A stretch of 64,000 nt of DNA, from positions 14,508,001 through 14,572,000 of the forward strand of contig OZ024757.1 in assembly GCA_964016885.1 (NCBI GenBank), written 5' to 3'. Below, in pieces: positions 11,540-24,351 of the stretch (its first letter is position 1; every line of letters starts with the position of its first letter). The stretch comes from Eledone cirrhosa (taxonomy: Eukaryota). The translations under genes were made by a program, and so were the position numbers. The notes beneath the pieces were generated by a model. The model was not told where the DNA came from. It was given only the letters and a program-made list of their open reading frames with translations, and searched no databases.

Positions 11540-12198
11540 CTATGATGATGATGATGATGATGATGGTGATCAAGAGGAGGAGGATAGTGATGGCGATGAT
11601 GGTGATGATGATGGTAGCGATGACAGTGATGACAATTATAATGGTGTGGTGATGATGATGGTGGTAGTGATGATGATGGTGGTAGTGATGACGTTGATGA
11701 TGACAGTGATGACAATTATGGTGGTGATGATGATGATGATGGCAGTGATGACAGTGATGATTATGATGATGATGATAATCATCATGATGGCAATGCTGGG
11801 GATAGTGACGATGATGATGGTGATGATGATGACAGTAGCGATGATGGTGATGACGATGATGATGATGACAGAAGCGATGATGGTGATGATGATTATGATG
11901 ACGATGATGGTGATGGTGATGGCAGTAATAACGATTATGTTGATGATGATGATGATGATGGTGATGGTGATGATGGTGATGATGGTGATGATGATTATGA
12001 CGGTGATGACGGTGATGATGGTGATGGTGATGATGATGCTGATGATGATGATGATGGTGATGACGATGATGATGATGATGATGATGATGATGGTGGTGAT
12101 GACGATGATGATGATAGCAATGACAACAATGGCGATTATGATAGTGATGATGATGATCATGAAGACGACAATGATGCTTGCTGCTGCTGACGCCGACG

Positions 12199-12242
<44 letters not shown>

Positions 12243-12260
12243 AACAACAACAACAATGAC
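11540..12260. repeat. (GAT/GGT)n and (GACAAC)n simple repeats
   Basis: Direct inspection. Confidence 0.9.
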
Positions 12261-12461
12261 AATATTTCAATGTCTTCCTTCTAAAAACGATGCCACTCAG
12301 AAAATAGAAAAATGTGACAGTTATGGCTTCCAATGTTGTCTTCCCCTTAAAAAACACCAAACTCCAAACAAAGTGACATCTACACAAGAACTACAAGTCT
12401 TCAGACTGTCGTCATTCCAGTTCCATTCTACAGATAGTTATTTATTGGTTATAATTATTAG

Positions 12462-12648
12462 ATTTGGCAGTACCGGTAGAGGGTTGGACCCCATGCTTTC
12501 CAGCATAGTTACGTCCCTTTACGTTCTGAGTTCAAATCCCACCGAAGTTAACTTTGCCTTTCATCCATACGGGGTCGATAAAATAAAGTACCAGTAATGT
12601 ACTGGGTAATTGCTGGACTTGTGCCAAAAGTAGAAACAATTATTATTA
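12462..12648 (+). mobile_element. tRNA-derived SINE family A (Nin/Deu-domain-like core, (ATT)n tail)
   Basis: TGGCAGTA.CGG A-box-like, GAGTTCAAATCC B box, GCCTTTCATCC..ACGGGGTCGATAAAATAAAGTACCAG core. Confidence 0.85.
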
Positions 12649-12864
12649 GATTTAAATTTTATTTTTGGTTCAGGGCCTTTTGGGGGGTTTTGGAGGGGTT
12701 TTGGAAGGGTTTTGGGGGGGTTTGGGAGGGGTTTGGGAGGGGTTTGGGAAGAGTTTTGGAGGGGTTTTGGAAGGGTTTTGGAAGGGTTTTCGGGTTGTAT
12801 TTTTTTTTTTCAAAATATTTCTATTCAAGTGCGAATTCAGAATATTGGATGTACCATGAAAGAT

Positions 12865-13670
12865 TGTGTGTATGTGTGTGTGTCTATGTATATGTGTGTA
12901 TGTGTTGTGTGTCTGTATGTAGGTCTGTGTGTGTGTCTATGTATATGTGCGTGTGTGTCTCTGTATTGGGTGTGTATGTATTGTGTCTGTATGTAGGTCT
13001 GTGTGTGTATGTATGTGTGCGTGAATGAGTGTGTGCCTATGTCGATGTGTCTGTGTACGTGTTGTGTCTGTGTGTGTGTGTGAATGAGTGTTTGTCTATG
13101 TGTGTATGTGTTGTGTGTATGTGTGTGTATATATGTGTTCTCTATGTGTCTGTCTGTGTATGTGTGTAAAATGTCTGTGCTGTGTCTATGTTGTGTGTGA
13201 GTGTGTGTGCATGTGTTGTATGAGTGTATTGAGTCTATATTGTGTGTGTTGTGTCTGTATATGTGCTTTGTGTGTGTGTATGTGTGTGTCTGTGTTGTGT
13301 CTATATATGTGCTGTGTGTGTATGTGTGTCTGTGTTGTGTCTATATATGTGCTGTGTGTGTGTATGTGTTGTGTCTATGTTTGTGCTATGTGTGTGTGTA
13401 TGTGTGTGTCTATATATGTGCTGTGTGTGTATGAGTGTGTCTATATATGTGCTGCATGTGTGTGTTGTGTCTATATATGCGCTGTGTGTGTATATGTGTT
13501 GTCTATATATGTGCTGTGTGTGTATGTGTATGTCACTGTCCATTACTTCTCTGTATAAGCTGTATGTGTATAAATGTGTGTATTTTGTGTCAATATGTGC
13601 GTATGTATTGCACGACTATATCAATGTGTTTGTGTAGTATAATGCATGCGTATATCAATGTGTGTGTGTT
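12865..13670. repeat. (TG)n-type compound microsatellite
   Basis: Direct inspection. Confidence 0.9.
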
Positions 13671-13841
13671 GAATATTTATAATATATATCTAATATAGTG
13701 AAAGGGGTCATAGCACAACTAATTAGGGAGAGAATAAAACTAGATGAGACAGTTTGGCTTTATGCCAGGTAAGAAGAGTACCACTGGTGACCTTTTCCTT
13801 ATGAGATAACTGAGCAGAAGTAATTGGCTAATACTTATCAT

Positions 13842-13874
<33 letters not shown>

Positions 13875-13875
<1 letters not shown>

Positions 13876-14160
13876 CATCATCATCATCGTTTAACGTCCA
13901 TCTTCCACGCTAGCATGGGTCTGGATGGGAATTGTCCCACTTGAGGCAAGATTGGTTGTCTTGCTCGTGACTGTCTGGCAGGTTTTCTACGGCTGAATGC
14001 CCTTCCTAACACCAACCACATTTACAATGTGTACTGGGAGCCTTTTTACCGTGTTGCCTACACGGCCACATTAGAGCGTGGACTGTGTGTTTTTTGTTGT
14101 GACACCTACACGACCTCATTTATTTAGGACTGGATGTTGTGGTACCATCATAGCTTTACA
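13875..14160 (-). mobile_element. RTE-associated 3' UTR or SINE tail fragment
   Basis: Reverse complement similar to 24720-25012; ends GGACGTTAAAC(GAT)n. Confidence 0.75.
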
Positions 14161-14296
14161 TTGAAAGGGCTGGTGTAGATGGCGTGGGGATAGGGGTAGT
14201 GGGACAGGAGTGTATTTTGGTTAAGAGGTGCCTACTGTCTGTAGGTTTTGCTTTGTACTTAGGCAAGGCGGGTCTTCTGTATATATATATATATAT

Positions 14297-14462
14297 AATA
14301 ATTGTTTCTACGTTTGGCACCAGGCCAGCAATTATCCCAGTGGTACTTTGTTTTATCGACCCCATAAGGATGAAACGCAAAGTTAACCTCGGCGGAATTT
14401 GAACTCAGAATGGCAAGGGCCGTAACTCTATGCGTCAAAGCATGGCGTCTGATACTCTACCG
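14297..14462 (-). mobile_element. SINE family A copy
   Basis: Reverse complement of the family A consensus. Confidence 0.8.
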
Positions 14463-14632
14463 ACATATAATAATACAAGGACGAATGGTTACTCCTTCAT
14501 TACATTTATTGGTTGGTGACACGTGTTTCGCTACTGATCAGTTCAAGGTTCGATCTGTATCTATCTATCTCGATCCCTGGATATATATACATATATAAAA
14601 TATATATATATATATATATATTTGCACACAGA

Positions 14633-14780
14633 GCAAATTCAATATAGAAAAGGCTTCTACAGGACAAGAACTGTTTCATTCGAATGAAACAGTTCATGTC
14701 CTGTAGAAGCCATTTCTAATATTAAATTTGTTGTATATACTCTACTAAAGTATTGAGTACCTTACTTACTGTGGTTACAT
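14633..14780. mobile_element. Short fold-back Penelope-like fragment (family 2); related copies at 15925-16070, 24168-24325, 38270-38457
   Basis: GGCTTCTACAGGAC.AGAACTGTTTCATTC / GAATGAAACAGTTC.GTCCTGTAGAAGCC inverted arms; other copies carry CTGATGA...GAAAC...GTC. Confidence 0.6.
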
Positions 14781-14945
14781 ACATACATATATATATATAC
14801 ATACATTTATATATATATATATACATACACACACACATGCACATACACACATATATATCAGGTAGCAAGCAACTGTGTTTCCACTCTGTACTTAACTTTG
14901 AGTGTTCTTTTTCCTGTACCTTTTTCTACGGAAACTCTTGACATT

Positions 14946-14989
<44 letters not shown>

Positions 14990-15420
14990 CAACTCTGATC
15001 ATTTCTGTCCGTGAGATCAACTTTGATCATCTCTGATCATAAGGCTCAAGAAGCTCTTTGTCCTGGGATCAACTCTGATTATCTCTGCTCACAAGGCTCA
15101 CTATTCTGGGATCATCTCTAATCATTTCTGCTCATGAGGCTCACTATCTTGGAATCAGCTCTGGTCATCTTTGCTCAGAAAACTCTCTATCCTGAGATCA
15201 GCTACGGTCATTTCTACTTGTTAGGCTCACTAAACTGGTATCAACTCTGATCATCTCTGCTCATGAGACTTTCTATTCCAGGATCAGCTTTCATCATTCC
15301 TATCCTTAGTGGTCACTATCATGAGATCAGCCCTCATCAACTCTGTCCATATCTTGAGATCAGCTCCGATCATCTCTGTCCATATCTTGGGATCAGATCT
15401 GAACCTCTCTGTCCATATTT
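14990..15420. repeat. Degenerate tandem repeat (GATCAACTCTGATCATCTCTGCTCA core)
   Basis: About 10 diverged units. Confidence 0.65.
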
Positions 15421-15724
15421 TGGGGTGTTCACTGATCTTCTCTTTTCATATCTTGAATTTTTTCTCTATTGCAGACTATTTCGAACTGCATATTTCAACA
15501 CACTTTCAACTAGCTGTCAACAAACAATCTTTCTTTATACACACCAGATGATTGTCTTATGTCTCCCGTAACTTCAGCAAAATTGATAGTTTGTGATCGG
15601 TGATCGATTACATAGATTGAAATAGCACTATAGGGAATTTTATTGTTTCCATCTGGAGTACATATTTTTCTATGAAATATGTACTTTGTATATACAATAT
15701 ATTGTGTAGTCTCTTGGATATATG

Positions 15725-15830
<106 letters not shown>

Positions 15831-16238
15831 AATTGTGAATTATTATACCTCTGGAAGTCTATTGAGGATTATTATCGAGAAGAACAAAGTTCAAACATAT
15901 TTGATATATATATATATAAGTTTATCCCGGATTCAATCGGGGGTAACCACAGTAAGTAAGGTACTCAATACAAAGCAGAGTATAAATATTTAATATAGAC
16001 ATCATCAGGCTTCCTGATGATTTCTCCCGAATGAAACAGTTCTAGTCCTGTAGAAGCCTTTTCTATATTTTGTTATATATGTATATAAATATGTATATAA
16101 ATATGTATATATATATATAAATATAAATATGTATATATATACACACACGCACACACACATATCTATATTTGTATATATATATATATATAATTACAGCATT
16201 TTATAGTGAGGAACATGCAGTATATGATATACGGTACG

Positions 16239-16252
16239 GTTGCCATAGCAAC
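16239..16252. promoter_or_regulatory. RFX X-box motif GTTGCCATAGCAAC
   Basis: Exact fit to the GTNRCC-N0-3-RGYAAC consensus in a short unique stretch; TGACG nearby; function not shown. Confidence 0.55.
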
Positions 16253-16513
16253 GAAGAACACCCTGTGACGAAGTGATTAACAATTATCAGGTGTCAGCTT
16301 AACAAGGTAGAGAGAACAGAGACAAATGTGGTTAAGAGTGTGGGGTAGAGCCGAGTTGGTAGAGCAACCAGGTAGAGAGAGCGCAAGTAGTAAGGGAGAG
16401 TCGGTGGAGATTTTAGTGAAGTGGTGGTGGAAGGGGAGGGGAGAGGAAGAGAGAGTAGAAGATAGTGAGACAGACAGAGGGATGAGGGGGGAAAAGATTA
16501 ACATAGAGGATAA

Positions 16514-16554
<41 letters not shown>

Positions 16555-17093
16555 GGGAGACAGGGCATGAATTGAGGGCAGGAGCAAGTTAAAAACAAAG
16601 AGTTTGATGAGAGAGAGAAAGAGAGTGTGAGAAAAAGAGAGAGAGAGAAAGAGAGAAAGAGAGAGAGGGGCGAGAGAGAGAGAGAGAGAGAAAAAGAGAG
16701 AGAGAGAAAGAAAGAGAGAGAGAGAGAAAGAGAGAGAGAGAAAAAAGACAGAGAAAAAGTGAGAGAGAGAGCAGAGTTGAGGAAGGGGCAGGTAAAAAGG
16801 AAAACAGAAATAGCAAGTGAGGGATAAGAGAGTTTATGGGGTGGGATATGAGGAGCAGGAGGAGGAAGGAAGGAAGTTACGAAGAGATAGATAAAGAGAA
16901 AGAATAGGAAGGAGGAAAACTCTCTCTCGAGAGAGAGATGGTAGGAAGAATGAATATGTGAGAGAGAGAAGCAATTGGGAGGGAGAAAGCAGAGGATGGA
17001 GAGGATTTTGGGGAAAATAAAGAAAAACAAAATAAAGATAAAAAAAAACCGGAGAGGTTATAATCAAACGATGATGATAACGATGATGATGAT

Positions 17094-17533
17094 AATTGTG
17101 TTTCTAATATAGGCACAAGGCCAGCAATCTGGGTGGGAGGGGAAGTCGATTAAATCGACACTAGTGTATTACTGGTACTTTTTATTTTATCGCCCCCGTA
17201 CGGATGAAAAGCAAAGCTAACCTCAGCAGGATTTGAACTCAGAATGTAAAGGGCCGTAACTCTATGCTGCGAAGCATGGTGTCCGACGCTCTACCGATAC
17301 TGCCAATCCACTGCCCTTATAATAATAATAATAATAATAATAATAATTGTTTCTACTTTAGGCACAAGGCCAGCAATTACCCAGTGCATTACTGGTACTT
17401 TATTTTATCGACCCCGTAAGGAAGAAAGGCAAAGTCAACCTCAGTGGGATTTGAACTCAGATCGTAAAGGGACGTAACTATGCTGGAAAGCATGGCGTCC
17501 GACCCTCTACTGATACTGCCAATCCACTGCCCT

Positions 17534-17535
<2 letters not shown>
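17094..17535 (-). mobile_element. Two tandem SINE family A copies
   Basis: Two reverse-complement copies separated by (AAT)n. Confidence 0.88.
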
Positions 17536-17580
<45 letters not shown>

Positions 17581-17999
17581 TGTTTATAAGGTAAGCAGAA
17601 GGGCACAATATTTGGGAGCAGGGAAACAGTAAATTATTAAATTGGACCCCAGTATATGACTGGTTGAAGAAGAAGAAGAAGAAGAAGAAGAAGAAGAAGA
17701 AGAAGAAGAAGAAGAAGAAGAACGAAAATAGAAAAAATAATAATAAATAAATAAATAAATATATATACATATATATGTAAGGCTCACACACACCTGGTCG
17801 TTTGCCCCTCTGGACAGCGATTCGATCCAAAGTTTCCTTCATTGTTGCAGCCTCACCAAAGACCTTATAGGGGTTGGGTGGGGTGCAAGGTAGAGGTCCC
17901 TAGCCGTAGGTACCCCTTTTTTTCTTCTTTGATTGGTTTTTTCCTTACTTTCTCAGAGTAAACCCAATGTTGATTATGAGGAAATTGTCAAATCTTGTT

Positions 18000-19170
18000 T
18001 GTTATTATTGTTGTTGTTACTGTTGTTGTTATTGTTGTTGTTGTTACAGTTGTTGTTACTGTTGTTGTTATTGCTGTTATTGTTATTGTTGTTGTTGTTA
18101 CAGTTGTTGTTACTGTTGTTGTTATTGCTGTTATTGTTATTGTTGTTACAGTTGTTATTGTTGTTGTTGTTACAGTTGTTGTTACTGTTGTTGTTATTGC
18201 TGTTATTGTTATTGTTGTTACAGTTGTTATTGTTGTTGTTGTTACAGTTGTTGTTATTGTTATTACTGTTATTGTTATTGCTGTTGTTATTGTTGTTGTT
18301 ATTGTTATTGTTATTGCTGTTGTTGTTGTTCCAGTTGTTATTGTGGAGGGTGTGTTGGTGGTAGTGGAGGTGGTGGGTGCTTATAATGGTTATTGTGATG
18401 ATAATGTTGTTGTTGGTGGTGGTGGTGGTAGTAGTGTGGTAATGATTGTAGTGGTGATGTTATTGTGGTGATGGTGATGATAATGGTGGTGGTGGTGGTG
18501 GTAATAATAGTAGTGAAGATGCTGTTGGTGGTAATAGTAGTGGTGATGTTGTTGGTGGTGCTGTTGGTGGTGGTGATAGTAGTGGTGATGTTGGTGGTGG
18601 TGGTGTTGGTGGTGGTGATAGTAGTGGTGATGTTGTTGGTGGTGGTGATAGTAGTGGTGATGTTGTTGGTGGTGGTGATAGTAGTGGTGATGTTGTTGGT
18701 GGTGGTGATAGTAGTGGTGATGTTGTTGGTGGTGGTGATAGTAGTGGTGATGTTGTTGGTGGTGGTGATAGTAGTGGTGATGTTGTTGGTGGTGGTGATA
18801 GTAGTGGTGATGTTGGTGGTGGTGATGGTGATGTTGGTGGTGGTGATAGTAGTGGTGATGTTGGTGGTGATGGTGATGTTAGTGGTGGTGATAGTAGTGG
18901 TGATGTTGGTGGTGGTGGTGATGGTGGTGAGAGTAGTGGTGATGTTGGTGGTGGTGGTGGTGATAGTAGTGGTGATGGTGGTGGTGGTGATAGTAGTGGT
19001 GATGTTGGTGGTGGTGATGTTGGTGGTGGTGATGGTGATGTTGGTGGTGGTGATAGTAGTGGTGATGTTGGTGGTGGTGGTGGTGATAGTAGTGGTGGTG
19101 GTGGCGATAGTAGTGGTGATGTTGGTGGTGGTGGTGATAGTAGTGGTGGTGGTGGCGATAGTAGTAGTGT
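18000..19170. repeat. (GTT)n-rich then (GGT/GAT/AGT)n-rich arrays with a 30-bp higher-order unit
   Basis: gtggtgatagtagtggtgatgttgttggt repeated. Confidence 0.9.
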
Positions 19171-19851
19171 TATATTGCTCTTAACAACAACTGGTTTGAA
19201 AGACAGCAAAGAAAGAAAGAAAGAAAAAATAGAAAGAAAGGAAGAAGTAGAAAAAAACACCACCCAAATTCAGGGTGGGCAAATTGTTTAAGGAATTTTG
19301 TTGGAGAGCATGCTGAACGATGGATTGAAGTTCACCAAGGAAGACATGTCCAAGTTATAGAAATAAATAATGATTTGGGTGTCAAAATCATAAAGATGAG
19401 AAAAAATAAACAGAAAAAAAAAAAACCGAATATGATAAAACAAAAACAAACAAAAAAAATCAAAAACTATATTTGTATATGTTGCTTACTTCACTGACAC
19501 CCCACCCTCACCCTACATGACATGACCACCACCCCTAACCCAACCCAATCCACTCTCAACCACAATATCATCGGATAACTGAGAGATAATCTCCCACTGA
19601 TTGTAGTGTATGTGTGAGTGTATGTGTGTGTAGATTGATAGGTAGGTAGATAGATAGGTACATAGATACATACAAAGAAGAACAGGTAGACACACACATA
19701 TATACATATATAAACTTATTTCTCTGTCTCTCTCTCCTATCTATGTGTATATATGTTTCTTTGTGTGTGGATATATATATATACACACACACAAAAAAAC
19801 ATATATGTATACACACAGAAACACACACACATATATATATTGCAATTGCAA

Positions 19852-20158
19852 GGCCTTGCAATTGAAAGGTTGTGAGTTCAATTCTCAGACCGGGTGATGT
19901 GTTGTTTCCTTGAGCAAGACACTTTATTTCACATTGCTCCAGTTCACTCAGCTGTAGAAATGAGATGATAGGGACTGGGGTCCCTATCATTCCACTGCAA
20001 AGTGGTTGTGGAGGTGCCACGGCAAAAAAGCACCCAGCACTCACTGTAAATGAGTTGGTGTTAGGAAGGGCATCCAGCTGTAGAGATCAAGCCAGAATCA
20101 GTTCCCGTCCCACTCTTGCAAGCAGGGAAAAGCAGACGTAAAATGATGAAGATGATAA
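19852..20158 (+). mobile_element. SINE family B (tRNA head partly truncated, CORE/Meta-like centre, RTE-derived tail)
   Basis: GTGAGTTCAATTC, CCTTGAGCAAGACACTT, 3' end CCGTCCCAC.CTTGCAAGCAGGGAAAAGC.GACGTAAAA(TGA)n. Confidence 0.85.
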
Positions 20159-20271
20159 GAATGATGAAGTTTCGTTTACATGTATTTAGATTTTTATTGT
20201 GTATCAACACACGTTTCACAGAGGATTGGCTCAGCATTTTGTTAAAACTTTTTATGTTTTGAATTGATATC

Positions 20272-21128
20272 TAGTCAAGTTCAACTTTGCCTTTCATCCA
20301 TTTTAGATCAATAAAATGAAGTACCAGTTAGGTACTGGGGTTGATATAATCAACTTTCCCTTTCTCCACCAAATTAGAAACCATTATTAACGAAGGCAGT
20401 ATCGGTAGAGGGTCGGACGCCATGCTTTGCAGCAAAGACTTACGGCCCTTTATGGTCTGAGTTCAAATCACGCTGAGGTTAACTTTGCCTTTCATCCTTA
20501 CGGGGTCGATAAAATAAAGTACCAGTCACGCACTGGGGGTCGATTTAATCGACTTTCCCCTCCCACCAAATTTGCTGGCCTTGTGCCTATATAAGAAACC
20601 ATTATTATTATTAGACGGTGGATTGGCAGTATCAGTAGAGGGTCGGACGCCATGCTTTCCAGCATAGTTACGTCCCTTTACGATCTGAGTTCAAATCCCG
20701 CCGAGGTTGACTTTGCCTTTCATCCTTACGGGGTCGATAAAATAAAGTACCAGTAATGCACTGGGTAATTGCTGGCCTTGTGCCTAAAGTAGAAACAATT
20801 ATTATTATTAGATGTGGTTAAGGCGGTGGATTGGCAGTATCGGTAGAGAGTTGGACACCACGCTTTGCGGCATAGAGTTACGGTCCTTTACGGTCCAAGT
20901 TCAAACCCCGCCTAGGTTAACTTTGCCTTTTATCCTTACAGGGTCGATAAAATAAAGCACCAGTAACATACTGGGGTCGATTTAATCGACTTTCCCCTCC
21001 CCACAAATTATTGGCCTTGTGTCTATACTAGAAATCATAAAGTACCAGTAATGCACTTCGATAAAATAAAGTACCAGTAATGCACTGGGTAATTGCTGGC
21101 CTTGTGCCAAAAGTAGAAACAATTATTA
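20272..21128 (+). mobile_element. Head-to-tail cluster of 4-5 SINE family A copies and fragments
   Basis: Repeated core GCCTTTCATCCTTACGGGGTCGATAAAATAAAGTACCAG separated by (ATT)n. Confidence 0.9.
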
Positions 21129-21895
21129 CATGTGGTTGATGTTAGGAAGGGCATCCAGCTGTAAAATACCCAGCCAAATTTACAGTCCTCGCCGGAGCAA
21201 GGTGTGACATGGTGATGTTGTTGTTGTCTGCCGGCGTGGATGACCCGTCTAACCCATGGAAGCATAGAAGAATTGATGCTAAACGGAAATGATGATGATT
21301 CGACAGTCGATCGACTTTCGTTAACTCGGACCGAGGAAACAATGTTTCCAATGGTCTTTCTAATTGCTAATATTCTCTATTGGTTGCAACTCCAAGTAAA
21401 AGGGGCAACATGAAATAACACATCGCCTGGTCTGGGAATCAAACTCACCACTTCGCGACTGCGAATCCAATTCTCTAACCACTCAGCCACGCGGCTTCAC
21501 AAATAATGATTATTAATGGTTAATTTTTCGAAAAATTACAAATTATCCAATAAGTTTGATGATAATGACTAACAGTTTATGGCTAAAAGAAATAATTAGA
21601 TTAAATGGAATATATTTGTTTGGTGCCAGTCTCAACTTTCAACCAAACTCCACTAATGAACTTCATTATTGGCTTAACGATAAATTAAAAAAGGAAAAAA
21701 AAGAAAAAAAAAACCTCTTCTTCCAGAAGGCATTTGATCTTTTCTAATTTCTGAAATTTATTCTCGTTAACTACACTGATTTCTCGAATTTTACAAGCCG
21801 TTCTTCATTAACAGCACTAATTTCTTAAGTTTACAAATTCCTCATTTACATAAGGAATCCCACTGTTCCCTTCTTCAGCCAGTAACTTAACACTT

Positions 21896-22113
21896 TTAAT
21901 CCTTTAACATTTAAACTGGCCAAAACTCTCTCACCTCTTTCTCTTCAAACCAGCTGTAACTGGCTGCTCATATTTACGTTAAGGTATTGTTCTCAAAATA
22001 AATAACATCAAAATCTCATAGCTTTGATATTATGTGAGATAATTATGTAAAAATAAGCCTTTACTGTGAAAATATAATAGTAATTATAGAGTAATGTAAA
22101 TTCTAAAGGGTTA
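21896..22113 (+). mobile_element. piggyBac-like MITE, compact copy without expansion
   Basis: TTAATCCTTTAACATTTA ... TAAATTCTAAAGGGTTA. Confidence 0.7.
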
Positions 22114-22689
22114 TGTTTACAAATTCCTCATTTACATAGGGAATCTCACCGTTCCCTTGTTCAGCCAGTAACCTAAAACTTATAATATCAAACCTCCTGA
22201 AACTGACTGATACAAAACTTTATATCATCATCATCGTTTTTATATCAACTTTTCTTTGCTGGCATGGGTTGCACAGGACTTTTTGAGACACTAACCCTTT
22301 TAGTTGTTCCTTACAACAGACAAGGATAGGGATACAATGTACTTATTCTAAACCAGATACACGTGGTCTGTTTATGTTTATCAAGAAACTTTACCTCATA
22401 ATTTTATGTAAAAAATCTTTGTTAGATAATGTTCTAAACACCAACTTAATGAGAAAGTCAGTTATTTTAGTAAACCCTTTAAAAATCTTGATTAGCAGTT
22501 TTCATAAAAAGAAAACTTTTTGAAACTAATCAAAGCTGTTTATTTCAAAGTACTTATATTTATCTGAAAACTTTTCCTCATAATTTTATGTAAGACCCTT
22601 TGTTAAGTTATGTTCCAAACACTTAATGGTGAGAAAAATAGTTATATATAACTAAATTTGCCAAAATTCTTGATCTTTTGTTTTTCTTT

Positions 22690-23180
22690 GCCCACTTATT
22701 CCTGAGAGGGTCGTGGGGGCAGGGTCCTAAAATACTCCCTCTAGTGGGTATTCTCAGAAACAACCATCTCCAACTGATCCGGCTATATCCCCAAGCAAGA
22801 CCAGCCAAGCTCATGGATGTTATTCAACTTGCTTGGAGTTTACCCCTGGGTCGCCTGCCAGTTGGATTTGCTCGTAAAATCTGTCCAGCGATTCTTTCCT
22901 GAGACATTCTAATCACATGCTCATAGTATCAGAGCTGTGATCTCTCAATTTGAAGTAGCTCTACCTAGAGTGACTCTCTTATCTCCAAGCTACAAATCTG
23001 TCCAGTGATTCTTTCCTGAGACATTCTAACCACATGCTCATAGTATCAGAGCTGTGATCTCTCAATTTGAAGTAGCTCTACCTAGAGTGACTCTCTTATC
23101 TCCAAGCTACAAATCTGTCCAGTGATTCTTTCCTGAGACATTCTAACCACATGGCCATAGTATCAGAGCTGTGTTCTCTT
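22690..23180 (-). mobile_element. Decayed RTE-type 3' fragment with a 117-bp segment repeated about 2.6 times
   Basis: Minus strand IERSQL*YYEHVIRMSQERIAGQILRANPTGRRPRG; units start 22877, 22994, 23111. Confidence 0.7.
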
Positions 23181-23399
23181 AATTCTTGATTATTTTCGAA
23201 ATTATTTGAAAATTATAAGCAATGTCTTTCACTAGAAATATGGTAACATAAAGGTTAACAGAATGTTAAGAAATAGTACCAAACATAAAGAATGACCGAT
23301 ATTGGTTATAGACAAAAACCAAGATGGCGTCTTGCAAAGTTAACTCCCTCCCTTGATAGACAATGTCAAATATTTCTTTATTGTTGTCTTCATAGAACA

Positions 23400-24140
23400 T
23401 AACACAAATACATCAATACCAATACACACATACGCAAATACCAATACACACACATAAATACCAATACACACATACACACACATAAATACAAATACACACA
23501 TACACACACATACAAAAATACCAATACACACATACACATAAATACCAATACACACATACACACACATACAAAAATACCAATAAACACATTCATAAATACC
23601 AATACACACACACACACACATAAATAGCAATACAAACACACGCACATCGATACCAATACACATGTATACATACTCAACATACATAAACACCAATACACAC
23701 ACACACACACAGACAAATACTAATACACACATGTATACCAACACACACACATACATAAATATCAATACGTATATGCATACAAATACAAACACACATATAC
23801 CCATATACATATGTATGCAAACTCATATTTACACACACACACATACACAAATATACAAACCCAGGCACACAAACACACACAGCACCAATACACATACAAG
23901 CACATGTACACACACACACACACACATAAACTAACATATATACACATACATACATAAACAGAGAAATACACATATGTATACAAACACCTACACATCCATA
24001 CACACATATTCAAACTCACACACACAAACACTTGTATACCTACACACCCATACACACATATTCAAACTCACACACACACAAACACTTGTATACCTACACA
24101 CATACAAACACACAGAAATACATACACACTCACACAACTA
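23400..24140. repeat. (CA)n-type compound microsatellite
   Basis: Direct inspection. Confidence 0.9.
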
Positions 24141-24351
24141 CCCCCCCCCCCCCATATATATATACTGAATATAGAAATGGCTTCTAGAGGACTAGAACTG
24201 TTTCATTCAAAGGAAATCATTAAGAAAGCCCTTCAAATGAAACAGTTCTAGTCCTGTAGAAGCCATTTCTATATTAAATATTTATACTCTGCTATGCATT
24301 GAGTACCTTACTTACAGTGGTTACACACACACACACATATATATATATATT

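Noticed and set aside
13700-13830. Possible exon with CAG|GTAAG donor
   Set aside because: Sequence matches a frameshifted RTE RT fragment (AQLIRERI.LDE), as in 1-669.
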